From Eledone cirrhosa (lineage: Eukaryota): a stretch of DNA of 64,000 nt. Below are positions 1 through 14,349 of this stretch, in pieces. Position 1 is the stretch's first letter. Each line of letters opens with the position of its first letter. The stretch spans positions 410,812,001 through 410,876,000 of the forward strand of contig OZ024741.1 in NCBI GenBank assembly GCA_964016885.1, given 5' to 3'. The position numbers and the translations under genes were made by a program. Below the pieces are notes generated by a model. That model ran no database searches. It was not told where the DNA came from and saw nothing but the letters and a program-made list of their open reading frames with translations.

Positions 1-934
1 ATAACACAGAGGATATAGAACAATATAATATAACAGTAGGACATAGGTATAACACAGAGGATATAGAACAATATAATATAACAGTAGGACATACGTATAA
101 CACGGAGGATATAGAACAATATAATATAACAGTAGGATATAGGTATAAAAGAGGATATAGAACAATATAATATAACAGTAGTACATACGTATAACACAGA
201 GGATATAGAACAATATAATATAACAGTAGGACATAGGTATAACAAAGAGGATATAGAACAATATAATATACCAGTGGGATATAAGTTTAACAGAGGATAT
301 AGAACAATATAATATAACAGTAGTACATACGTATAACACAGAAGATATAGAACAATATAATATAACAGTAGGACATACGTATAACACAGAGGATATAGAA
401 CAATATAATATAACAGTAGGATATAGGTATAACAGAGGATATAGAAAAATATAATATAACAATAGGCATATGTATAACACAGAGGATATAGTACAATATA
501 ATATAACAGTAAGACATACGTATAACACAGAGGATATAGAACAATATAATATAACAGTAGGACATAAGAATAACACAGAGGATATAGAACAATATAATAT
601 AACAGTAGGACATAGGTATAACAGAGGATATATAACAATATAATATAACAGTAAGATATAAGTATAACAGAGGATATAGAACAATATAATAAAACAGTAG
701 GATATAGGTATAACAGAGGATATAGAACAATATAATATAACTGTAGGATATAGGTATAACAGAGGATATAGAACAATATCGTATAACATTAGGACATACG
801 TACAACAGAGGATATAGAACAATATAATATAAGAGTATTACGTACGTATAACACAGGATAAATAACAATATAATATAACAGTAGGACATAGGTATAACAC
901 AGAGGATATAGAACAATATAATATAACAGTATGA

Positions 935-3900
935 CATAAGTATAACAGAGGATATAGAACAATATAATATAAGCGTAGGACATAGTTATGACAGAGGATA
1001 TATAACAATATAATATAACAGTAGGATATAGGTATAACCGAGGATATAGAACAATATATTATAATAGTAGACATACGTATTACACAGAAGTTATAGAACA
1101 ATATAATATAACAGTATGATATAGGTATAACAGAGGATAAAGAACAATATAATATAAAAGTAGGACATAGGTATAACACACAGGATATAGAACAATCTTA
1201 TATAATAGTAGGACATACGTATAACACAGAGGATATAGAACAATATAATATAACTTTAGGATATACGTATAACACAGAGGATATAGAACAATATAATATA
1301 ACTGTAGGACATACGTATAACAGAGGATATAGAACAATATAATATAACAGTAGGACATAGGTATAACACAGAGGACATAGAACGAAATAATATAACAGTA
1401 GGACATAGGTATAACACAGACGATATAGAACAATATAATATAAAAGTAGGACATATGTATAACACAGAGGATATAGAACAATATAATATAACAGTAGGAC
1501 ATACGTATAACACAAAAGATATAGAACAATATAATATAACAGAAGGACATAGGTATAGCAGAGGATATAGAACAATATAATATAACAGTAGGACATACGT
1601 ATTACACAGAAGATATAGAACAATATAATATAACAGTAGAACATAGGTATAACAGAGGATATAGAACAATATAATATAAAAGTAGGATCTACACTAAGGT
1701 ATAACAGAGGATATAGAACAATATAATATAAAAGTAGGATCTACACTAAGGTATAACTGAGGATATAGAACAATATAATATAACAGTAGGAGATAGGTAT
1801 AACAGAGGATATAGAACAATATAATATAACTGTAGGATATAGGTATAACAGAGTATATAGAACAATAAAGTATAACATTAGGACATACGTATAACAGAGG
1901 ATATAGAACAATATAATATAGCAGTAGGACATACGTATAACACGGAGGATATAGAACAATATAATATAACAGTAGGATATAGGTATAACAGAGGATATAG
2001 AACAATATAATATAACAGTAGTACATACGTATAACACAGAAGATATAGAACAATATAATATAACAGTAGGACATACGTATAACACAGAGAATATAGAACA
2101 ATATAATATAACAGTAGGATATAGGTATAACAGAGGATATAGAATAATATAAGATAACAGTAGGACATATGTAAAACACGGAGGATATAGAATGATATAA
2201 TATAACAGTAGGACATAGGTATACACAGAGGATATATAACAATATAATATAACAGTAGGACATAAGAATAACACAGAGGATATAGAACAATATAATATAA
2301 CAGTAGGACATAGGTATAACAGAGGATATATAACAATATAATATAACAGTAAGATATAAGTATAACAGAGGATATAGAACAATATAATATAACAGTATGA
2401 TATAGGTATAACAGAGGATAAATAACAATATAATATAACAGTAGGACATACGTATAACAGAGGATATAGAACAATATAATATAACCGTAGGACATAGGTA
2501 TAACAGAGGATATATAACAATATAATATAACAGTAGGATATAGGTATAACCGAGGATATAGAACAATATAATATAATAGTAGACATACGTATAACACAGA
2601 AGTTATAGAACAATATAATATAACAGTATGATATAGGTATAACAGAGGATAAAGAACAATATAATATAAAAGTAGGACATAGGTATAACACACAGGATAT
2701 AGAACAATATTATATAATAGTAGGACATACGTATAACACAGAGGATATAGAACAATATAATATAACAGTCGGACATAGGTATAACACAGAGTATATAAAA
2801 TAATATAATATAACAGTAGGACATACGCATAACACAGAAGATATAAACAATATAATATAACAGTAGCATATAGGTATAACAGAAGATATAGAACAATATA
2901 ATATAACAGTAGGACAAACGTATAACACAGTGGATATAGAACAATATAATATAACAGTAGGATATATGTATAACACAGAACAATATAATATAACAGTGGG
3001 ATATAGGTATAACACAGAGGACATAGAACAATATAATATAACAGTAGAACACAGGTATATCAGAGGATATAGAACAATATAATGTAACAGTAGGACATAT
3101 GTATAACAGAGGATATAGAACAATACAATATAACAGTAGGACATACGTATAACACAGAGGATATAGAACACTATAATATAACAGTAGAACACAGCTATAT
3201 CAGAGGATATAGAACAATATAATGTAACAGTAGGACATACGTATAACAGAGGATATAGAACAATATAATATAACAGTAGGACATACGTATAACACAGAGG
3301 ATATAGAACAATATAATATAACAGTAGAACACAGCTATATCAGAGGATATAGAACAATATAATATAACAGTAGGAGATAGGTATAACAGAGGATATAGAA
3401 CAATATAATATAACTGTAGGATATAGGTATAACAGAGGATATAGAACAATAAAGTATAACATTAGGACATACGTATAACAGAGGATATAGAACAATATAA
3501 TATAACAGTATTACATACGCATAACACAGAGGATATAGAACAACATAATATAACAGTAGGACATAGGTATAACACAGAGGATATAGAACAATATAATATA
3601 ACAGTAGGACATACGTATAACACGGAGGATGTAGAACAATATAATATAACAGTAGGATATAGGTATAACAGAGGATATAGAACAATATAATATAAGCGTA
3701 GGACATAGTTATGACAGAGGATATATAACAATATAATATAACAGTAGGATATAGGTATAACAGAGGATATAGAACAATATATTATAATAGTAGACATACG
3801 TATTACACAGAAGTTATAGAACAATATAATATAACAGTATGATATAGGTATAACAGAGGATAAAGAAAATATAATATAAAGGTAGGACATAGGTATAACA

Positions 3901-5708
3901 CACAGGATATAGAACAATCTTATATAATAGTAGGACATACGTATAACAAAGAGGATATAGAACAATATAATATAACTTTAGGATATACGTATAACACAGA
4001 GGATATAGAACAATTTAATATAACAGTAGGACATACGTATAACAGAGGATATAGAACAATATAATATAACAGTAGGACATAGGTATAACACAGAGGACAT
4101 AGAACGAAATAATATAACAGTAGGACATAGGTATAACACAGACGATATAGAACAATATAATATAAAAGTAGGACATATGTATAACACAGAGGATATAGAA
4201 CAATATAATATAACAGTAGGACATACGTATAACACAAAAGATATAGAACAATATAATATAACAGAAGGACATAGGTATAGCAGAGGATATAGAACAATAT
4301 AATATAACAGTAGGACATACGTATTACACAGAAGATATAGAACAATATAATATAACAGTAGAACATAGGTATAACAGAGGATATAGAACAATATAATATA
4401 AAAGTAGGATCTACACTAAGGTATAACAGAGGATATAGAACAATATAATATAAAAGTAGGATCTACACTAAGGTATAACTGAGGATATAGAACAATATAA
4501 TATAACAGTAGGAGATAGGTATAACAGAGGATATAGAACAATATAATATAACTGTAGGATATAGGTATAACAGAGTATATAGAACAATAAAGTATAACAT
4601 TAGGACATACGTATAACAGAGGATATAGAACAATATAATATAGCAGTAGGACATACGTATAACACGGAGGATATAGAACAATATAATATAACAGTAGGAT
4701 ATAGGTATAACAGAGGATATAGAACAATATAATATAACTGTAGTACATACGTATAACACAGAAGATATAGAACAATATAATATAACAGTAGGACATACGT
4801 ATAACACAGAGAATATAGAACAATATAATATAACAGTAGGATATAGGTATAACAGAGGATATAGAATAATATAAGATAACAGTAGGACATATGTAAAATA
4901 CGGAGGATATAGAATGATATAATATAACAGTAGGACATAGGTATACACAGAGGATATATAACAATATAATATAACAGTAGGACATAAGAATAACACAGAG
5001 GATATAGAACAATATAATATAACAGTAGGACATAGGTATAACAGAGGATATATAACAATATAATATAACAGTAAGATATAAGTATAACAGAGGATATAGA
5101 ACAATATAATATAACAGTAGGATATAGGTATAACCGAGGATATAGAACAATATAATATAATAGTAGACATACGTATAACACAGAAGTTATAGAACAATAT
5201 AATATAACAGTATGATATAGGTATAACAGAGGATAAAGAACAATATAATATAAAAGTAGGACATAGGTATAACAAACAGGATATAGAACAATATTATATA
5301 ATAGTAGGACATACGTATAAGACAGAGGATATAGAACAATATAATATAACAGTCGGACATAGGTATAACACAGAGTATATAAAATAATATAATATAACAG
5401 TAGGACATACGCATAACACAGAAGATATAAACAATATAATATAACAGTAGCAAATAGGTATAACAGAAGATATAGAACAATATAATATAACAGTAGGACA
5501 AACGTATAACACTGTGGATATAGAACAATATAATATAACAGTAGGATATATGTATAACACAGAACAATATAATATAACAGTGGCATATAGGTATAACACA
5601 GAGGACATAGAACAATATAATATAACAGTAGAACACAGGTATATCAGAGGATATAGAACAATATAATGTAACAGTAGGACATATGTATAACAGAGGATAT
5701 AGAACAAT
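935..5708 (+). repeat. Near-identical segmental duplication: ~935-3124 and ~3658-5708 (offset 2722-2723, then 2584)
   Basis: Shared rare variants: AAGCGTAGGACATAGTTATGAC at 971/3694 and the CTACACTAA insertion at 1689,1741/4411,4463. ORF pairs 1198..1644 vs 3920..4366 (offset 2722) and 2603..3052 vs 5187..5636 (offset 2584, consistent with a 3 x 46-bp deletion). Confidence 0.88.
3041..3345 (+). repeat. Local 140-bp (3-monomer) higher-order repeat, 3 marker copies
   Basis: The variant ACAGTAGAACACAG(G/C)TATATCAGAGG starts at 3041, 3181 and 3321, exactly 140 bp apart. Confidence 0.8.
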
Positions 5709-5709
5709 A

Positions 5710-8700
5710 TAATATCACAGTATGATATAGGTATAACAGAGGATAAATAACAATATAATATAACAGTAGGACATAGGTATAACACAGAGGATATAGAACA
5801 ATATAAGATAACAGTAGGATATAGGTATAAGAGAGCATATAGAACAATATAATATAATAGTAGACATACGTATAACACAGAAGTTATAGAACAATATAAT
5901 ATAACAGTATGATATAGGTATAACACAGGATAAAGAACAATATAATATGAAAGTAGGACATAGGTATAACACACAGGATATAGAACAATATTATATAATA
6001 GTAGGACATACGTATAACACAGAGGATATAGAACAATATAATATAACAGTCGGACATAGGTATAACAAAGAGGATATAAAATAATATAATATAACAGTAG
6101 GACATACGCATAACACAGAAGATATAAACAATATAATATAACAGTAGGATATAGGTATAACAGAAGATATAGAACAAAATAATATAACAGTAGGACAAAC
6201 GTATAACACAGTGGTTATAGAACAATATAATATAACAGTAGGATATATGTATGACACAGAACAATATAATATAACAGTGGGACATACGTATAACACAGAG
6301 GATTTAGAACAATATATTTTAACAGTCGGACATAGGTATAACACAGAGGATATAAAATAATATAATATAACAGTAGGACATACGCATAACACAGAAGATA
6401 TAGAACAATATAATATAACAGTAGGACATAGGTATAGAACAATATAATATAACAGTAGGACATACGTATAACTCAGAGGATATAGAACAATATAATATAA
6501 CAGTAGGATATAGGTATAACAGAGGATATAGAACAATATAACATAACAGTAGGATATATGTATAACAGAGGATATAGAACAATATAATATAACAGTAGGA
6601 GAAAGGTATAACACAGAGGATATAGAACAATATAATATAACTGTAGGATATAGGTATAACAGAGGATATATAACAATATAATATAACAGTAGGACATACG
6701 TATAACACAGAGGATATAGAACAATATAATATAACAGTAGGACATAGGTATAGCAGAGGATATAGAACAATATCGTATAACATTAGGACATGCGTATAAC
6801 AGAGGATATGAAATAATATAATATAACAGTATTACATACGTATAACACAGAGGATATAGAACAATATATTATAACAGTAGGACATACGTATAACACGGAG
6901 GATATAGAACAATATAATATAACAGTAGGATATAGGTATAGCAGAGCATATAGAACAATATAATATAACAGTGGGATATAGGTATATCAGAGGATATAGA
7001 CCAATATAATATAACAGTAGTACATAGGTATAACACAGAAGATATAGAACAATATATTATAACAGTAGGACATAGGTATAACACAGAGGATATAGAAGAA
7101 TGTAATATAACAGTAGGACATAGGTATAACAGAGGATATAGAACAATATAATATAACAGTAGGACATACGTATAACACAGAGGATATAGAACAATATAAT
7201 ATAACAGTAGGACATAGGTATAACACAGAAGATATAGAACAATATAATATAACAGTAGGACATACGTATAACACAGAGGATATAGAACAATATAATATAA
7301 CAGTAGGACATAGGTATAACACAGAGGATATAGAACAATATAATATAACAATAGGATATAGGTATAACAGAGGATATATAACAATATAATATAACAGTAG
7401 GAGAAAGGTATAACACAGAGGATATAGAACAATATAATATAACAGTAGGATATAGGTATAACAGTGAATATAGAACAATATAATATAACAGTAGGACATA
7501 CGTATAACACAGAGGATATAGAACAATATAATATAACAGTAGGACATAGGTATAACACAGAAGATATAGAACAATATAATATAACAGTAGGACATAGGTA
7601 TAACACAGAGGATATAGAACAATATAATATAACAGTAGGACATAGGTATAACAGAGGATATATAACAATATAATATAACAGTAAGATATAAGTATAACAG
7701 AGGATATAGAACAATATAATATAACAGTATGATATAGGTATAACAGAGGATAAATAACAATATAATATAACAGTAGGACATAGGTATAACACAGAGGATA
7801 TAGAACAATATAATATAACAGTAGGATATAGGTATAACAGAGCATATAGAACAATATAATATAATAGTAGACATACGTATAACACAGAAGTTATAGAACA
7901 ATATAATATAACAGTATGATATAGGTATAACACAGGATAAAGAACAATATAATATAAAAGTAGGACATAGGTATAACACACAGGATATAGAACAATATTA
8001 TATAATAGTAGGAAATACGTATAACACAGAGGATATAGAACAATATAATATAACAGTCGGACATAGGTATAACAAAGAGGATATAAAATAATATAATATA
8101 ACAGTAGGACATACGCATAACACAGAAGATATAAACAATATAATATAACAGTAGGATATAGGTATAACAGAAGATATAGAACAAAATAATATAACAGTAG
8201 GACAAACGTATAACACAGTGGTTATAGAACAATATAATATAACAGTAGGATATATGTATGACACAGAACAATATAATATAACAGTGGGACATACGTATAA
8301 CACAGAGGATTTAGAACAATATATTTTAACAGTCGGACATAGGTATAACACAGAGGATATAAAATAATATAATATAACAGTAGGACATACGCATAACACA
8401 GAAGATATAGAACAATATAATATAACAGTAGGACATAGGTATAGAACAATATAATATAACAGTAGGACATACGTATAACTCAGAGGATATAGAACAATAT
8501 AATATAACAGTAGGATATAGGTATAACAGAGGATATAGAACAATATAACATAACAGTAGGATATATGTATAACAGAGGATATAGAACAATATAATCTAAC
8601 AGTAGGAGAAAGGTATAACACAGAGGATATAGAACAATATAATATAACTGTAGGATATAGGTATAACAGAGGATATATAACAATATAATATAACAGTAGG

Positions 8701-9390
8701 ACATACGTATAACACAGAGGATATAGAACAATATAATATAACAGTAGGACATAGGTATAGCAGAGGATATAGAACAATATCGTATAACATTAGGACATGC
8801 GTATAACAGAGGATATAAAATAATATAATATAACAGTATTACATACGTATAACACAGAGGATATAGAACAATATAATATAATAGTAGGACATACGTATAA
8901 CACGGAGGATATAGAACAATATAATATAACAGTAGGATATAGGTATAGCAGAGCATATAGAACAATATAATATAAAAGTGGGATATAGGTATATCAGAGG
9001 ATATAGACCAATATAATATAACAGTAGTACATAGGTATAACACAGAAGATATAGAACAATATATTATAACAGTAGGACATAGGTATAACACAGAGGATAT
9101 AGAAGAATGTAATATAACAGTAGGACATAGGTATAACAGAGGATATAGAACAATATAATATAACAGTAGGACATACGTATAACACAGAGGATATAGAATA
9201 ATATAATATAACAGTAGGACATAGGTATAACACAGAAGATATAGAACAATATAATATAACAGTAGGACATACGTATAACACAGAGGATATAGAACAATAT
9301 AATATAACAATAGGATATAGGTATAACAGAGGATATATAACAATATAATATAACAGTAGGAAAAAGGTATAACACAGAGGATATAGAACA
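5710..9390 (+). repeat. Segmental duplication ~5710-7430 and ~7717-9390 (offset 2007); a ~430-bp part recurs again at ~10020-10450
   Basis: ORF pairs 5884..6285/7891..8292, 5991..6770/7998..8777 and 6215..6463/8222..8470 are all offset 2007. Shared variants include GATTTAGAACAATATATTTTAACAGTCGG, and TATCGTATAACATTAGGACATGCG at ~6771, ~8778 and ~10198. Confidence 0.87.
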
Positions 9391-12300
9391 ATATAATATA
9401 ACTGTAGGACATACATATAACACAGAAGATATAGAACAATATAATATAACAGTAGGACATACGTATAACACAGAGGATATAGAACAATGTAATATAACAG
9501 TAGGACATAGGTATAACAGAGGATATAGACAAATATAATATATAAGTAGGAGAAAGGTATAACACAGAGGATATAGAACAATATAATATAACAGTAGGAT
9601 ATAGGTATAACAGTGGATATAGAACAATATAATATAACAGTAGGACATACTTATAACACAGAGGATATAGAACAATATAATATAACAGTAGGACATAGGT
9701 ATAACACAGAAGATATAGAACAATATAATATAACAGAAGGACATACGTATAACACAGAGGATATAGACCAATATAATATAACAGTAGGACATAGGTATAA
9801 CACAAAAGATATAGAACAATATAATATAACAGTAGGACATACGTATAACACAGAGGATATAGAACATTGTAATATAACAGTAGGACATACGTATAACACA
9901 GAGGATATAGAACAATGTAATATAACAGTAGGACATAGGTATAACAGAGGATATAGACCAATATAATATATAAGTAGGAGAAAGGTATAACACAGGGGAT
10001 ATAGAACAATATAATATAACAGTAGGAGAAAGGTATAACACAGAGGATATAGAACAATATAATATAACTGTAGGATATAAGTATAACAGAGGATATATAA
10101 CAATATAATATAACAGTAGGACATACGTATAACACAGAGGATATAGAACAATATAATATAACAGTAGGACATAGGTATAGCAGAGGATATAGAACAATAT
10201 CGTATAACATTAGGACATGCGTATAACAGAGGATATAAAATAATATAATATAACAGTATTACATACGTATAACACAGAGGATATAGAACAATATAATATA
10301 ACAGTAGGACATACGTATAACACGGAGGATATAGAACAATATAATATAACAGTAGGATATAGGTATAGCAGAGCATATAGAACAATATAATATAACAGTG
10401 GGATATAGGTATATCAGAGGATATAGACCAATATAATATAACAGTAGTACATACGTAGAACACAGAAGATATAGAACAATATGAGATAACAGTACGATAT
10501 AGCTTTAACAGAGGATTTAGAACAATATAATATAACAGTAGGCATATGTATAACACAGAAGATATAGTACAATATAATATAACAGTAGACATACGTATAA
10601 CACAGAAGATATAGAACAATATAATATAACAGTATGATATAGGTATAACAGAGGATAAAGGACAATATAATATAACATAGGTATAACACAGATGATATAG
10701 AACAATATAATATAACAGTCGGACATACGTATAATACAGAGGATATAGAACAATATAATATAACAGTAGGACATCCGTATAGCAGAGGATATATAACAAT
10801 ATAATATAACAGTAGGACATAGGTATAACACAGAGGATATAGAACAATATAATATATCAGTAGGATATACGTATAACACAGAAGATATAGAATTATATAA
10901 TATAACAGTAGGACATAGGTATAACACAGAGGATATAGAACAATATAATATAACAGTAGGACACAGGTATAATAGAGGATATAGAACAATATAATATAAC
11001 AGTAGGATATAGGTATAACAGAGGATATAGAACAATATAATATAACAGTAGGAGAAAGGTATAACACAGAGGATATAGAACAATATAATATAACAGTAGG
11101 ATATAGGTATAACAGAGGATATAGAACAATATAATATAACAGTAGGACATACATATAACACAGAAGATATAGAACAATATAATATAACAGTAGGATATAG
11201 GTATAACAGAGGATTTAGAACAATATAATATAACAGTCGGACATAGGTATAACACAGAGGATATAAAAAATATAATACAACAGTAGTACATACGCATAAC
11301 ACAGAAGATATAGGACAATATAATATAACAGTAGGACATACGTATAACTCAGAGGATATAGAACAATATTATATAACAGTAGGATATAGCTATAACAGTG
11401 GATATAGAACAATATAGTATAACAGTAGGATATAGGTATAACAGGATATAGAACAATATAATATAACAGTAGGAGAAAGTTATAATACAGAGGATATAGA
11501 ACAGTATAATATAACAGTAGGATATATGTATGACAGAGGATATAGAATAATATAATATAACAGTAAGACATACGTATAACACAGAGGATATAGAACAATA
11601 TAATATAAAAGTAGGACATAGGTATAACAGAGGATATAGAACAATATTGTATAACATTAGGACATACGTATAACAGAGGATATAGAACAATATAATATAA
11701 CAGTATTACATACGTATAACACAAAGGATATAGAACAATATAATATATCAGTAGGACATACGTATAACAGAGAAGATATAGAACAATATAATATAACAGT
11801 AGGACATAGGTATAACACAGAGGATATAGAACAATATAATATAACAGTAGGACACAGGTATAATAGAGGATATAGAACAATATGATATAACAGTAGGACA
11901 TAGGTATAACACAGAGGATATAGAACAATATAATATAACAGTAGTACATACGTATAACACATAGAATATAGAACAATATAATATAACAGTAGGGCATAGG
12001 TATAACAGAGGATATAGAACAATATAATGTAACAGTATGACATACGTATAACAGAGGATATAGAACAATATAATATAACAGTATTACATACGTATAACAC
12101 AGAGGATGTAGAACAATATAATATAGCAGTAGGACATAGGTATAACACAGAGGATATAGAACAATATAATATAACAGTAGGACATACGTATAACACGGAG
12201 GATATAGAACAATATAATATAACAGTAGGATATAGTTATAGCAGAGGATATAGAACAATATAATATAACAGTGGGATATAGGTATAACAGAGGATATAGA

Positions 12301-14270
12301 ACAATATAATATAACAGTAGTACATACGTAGAACACAGAAGATATAGAACAATATAATTTAACTGTAGGACATACGTATAACACAGAAGATCTAGAACAA
12401 TATAATATAACACTACGATATAGCTATAACAGAGGATTTAGAACAATATAATATAACAGTAGGCATATGTATAACACAGAGGATATACTACAATATAATA
12501 TAACAGTAGACATACGTATAACACAGAAGATATAGAACAATATAATATAACAGTATGATATAGGTATGACAGAGGATAAAGAACAATATTATATAACATA
12601 GGTATAACACAGATGATATAGAACAATATAATATAATAGTAGGACATACGTATAACACAGAAGGATATATAACTATATAATATAACAGTCGGACGTACAT
12701 ATAATACAGAGGATATAGAACAATATAATATAACAGTAGGACATATGTATAACAGAGGATATATAACAATATAATATAACAGTAGGACATAGGTATAACA
12801 CAGAGGATATAGAACAATACAATATAAAAGTAGGACATATGTATAACACAGAGGATATAGAACAATATAATATAGCAGTAGGACATAGGTATAACACAGA
12901 GGATATAGAACAATATAATATAACAGTAGGACATACGTATAACACAGAAGATATAGCACTATATAATATAACAGTAGGACATAGGTATAACACAAAGGAT
13001 ATAGAACAATATAATATAACAGTAGGACACAGGTATAATAGAGGATATAGAACAATATAATATAACAGTAGGATATAGGTAAAACAGAGGATATAGAACA
13101 ATATAATATAACAGTAGGACATACGTATAACTTAGAGGATATAGAACAATATAATATAACAGTAGGACATCCGTATAACACTGAGGATATAGTACAATAT
13201 AAAATACCAGTAGGACATTCGTATAACACATAGGACATAGAACAATAGAATATAACAGTAGGACATACGTATAACACAGAGGATATAGAATAATTTAATA
13301 TAACGGTAGGACATACGTATAACACAGAGGATATAGGACAATATAATATAACAGTAGAAGATAGGTATATCACAGAGGATATAGAACAATATAATATAAC
13401 AGTAGGATATATGTATAACACAGCGGATATAGAACAATATAATATAACAGTAGGACATAGTAATAACAGAGGATATAGAACAATATAATATAACAGTAGG
13501 ATATAGGTATAACACAGAGGATATAGAACAATATAATATAACAGTAGAACTTAGGTATAACACAGAGGATATAGAACAATATAATATAACATTAGTACAT
13601 ACGTATAACACAGAGGATATAGAACAATATAATATAACAGTAGGACATAGGTATCACACAGAGGATATAGAACAATATAATATAACAGTAAAACATAGGT
13701 ATAACACAGAGGATATAGGACAATATAATATAACAGTAGGACATAGGTATAACAGAGGATATAGAACAGTATAATATAACAGTAGCACATACGTATAAAA
13801 CAGAGGATATAGAACAATATATTATAACAGCAGGACATACGTATAACAGAGGATATAGAACAATATAATATAACAGTAGGCTATAGGTATAACACAGAGG
13901 ATATAGAACAGTATAATATAACAGTACGACATACGTATAACAGAGGATATAGAACAATATAATATAGCAGTAGGACATACGTATAACACAGAGGATATAG
14001 ATCAATATAATATATAAGTAGGACATAGGTATAACAGAAGATATAGAACAATATAATATAACTGTAGGACATAGGTATAACTCAGAGGATATAGAACAAT
14101 ATAATATAACAGTAGGTCACAGGTATAACATAGGATATAGAACAATATAATAAAACAGTAGGACATACGTATAACACAGTGGATATAGAACAATATAATA
14201 TATAAGAAGGACATAGGTATAACAGAGGATATAGAACCTTATAATATAACAGAAGTACATACGCATAACA

Positions 14271-14300
14271 CAGAGGATATACGTGTATGTCCTACTGTTA
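14271..14300. other. Orientation-switch (inversion) junction within the satellite array
   Basis: The sequence is ...CAGAGGATATA|CGTGTATGTCCTACTGTTA... TATA at 14278-14281 fits both the left monomer (GGATATA) and the right monomer (TATACGT). The right side has an extra GT relative to consensus TACGTATGTCC. Confidence 0.93.
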
Positions 14301-14349
14301 TATTATATTGCTCTATATCCTCTGTTATACGTATGTCCTACTGTTATAA

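Larger units (their letters stand above)
1..14281 (+). repeat. Tandem satellite array, 46/48-bp monomer, A-rich strand on top (left arm; continues past the window start)
   Basis: Bases 1-48 are ATAACACAGAGGATATAGAACAATATAATATAACAGTAGGACATAGGT, repeated head-to-tail with substitutions. A 46-bp variant lacks one CA (ATAACAGAGG...). No unique DNA intervenes. Confidence 0.98.

Noticed and set aside
1687-1700. ATCTACACT at the insertion matches the reverse complement of the 3' end of a Cas12a-type direct repeat (...AGTGTAGAT)
   Set aside because: The match is only 9 nt. The rest of the repeat stem, the spacers and the cas genes are all missing, so this is coincidence.
14280-14285. TACGTG (HIF/HRE-like motif) created at the inversion junction
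   Set aside because: The same hexamer occurs in many ordinary TACGTGTGTCC monomer variants (e.g. ~23630), and there is no gene or promoter context.
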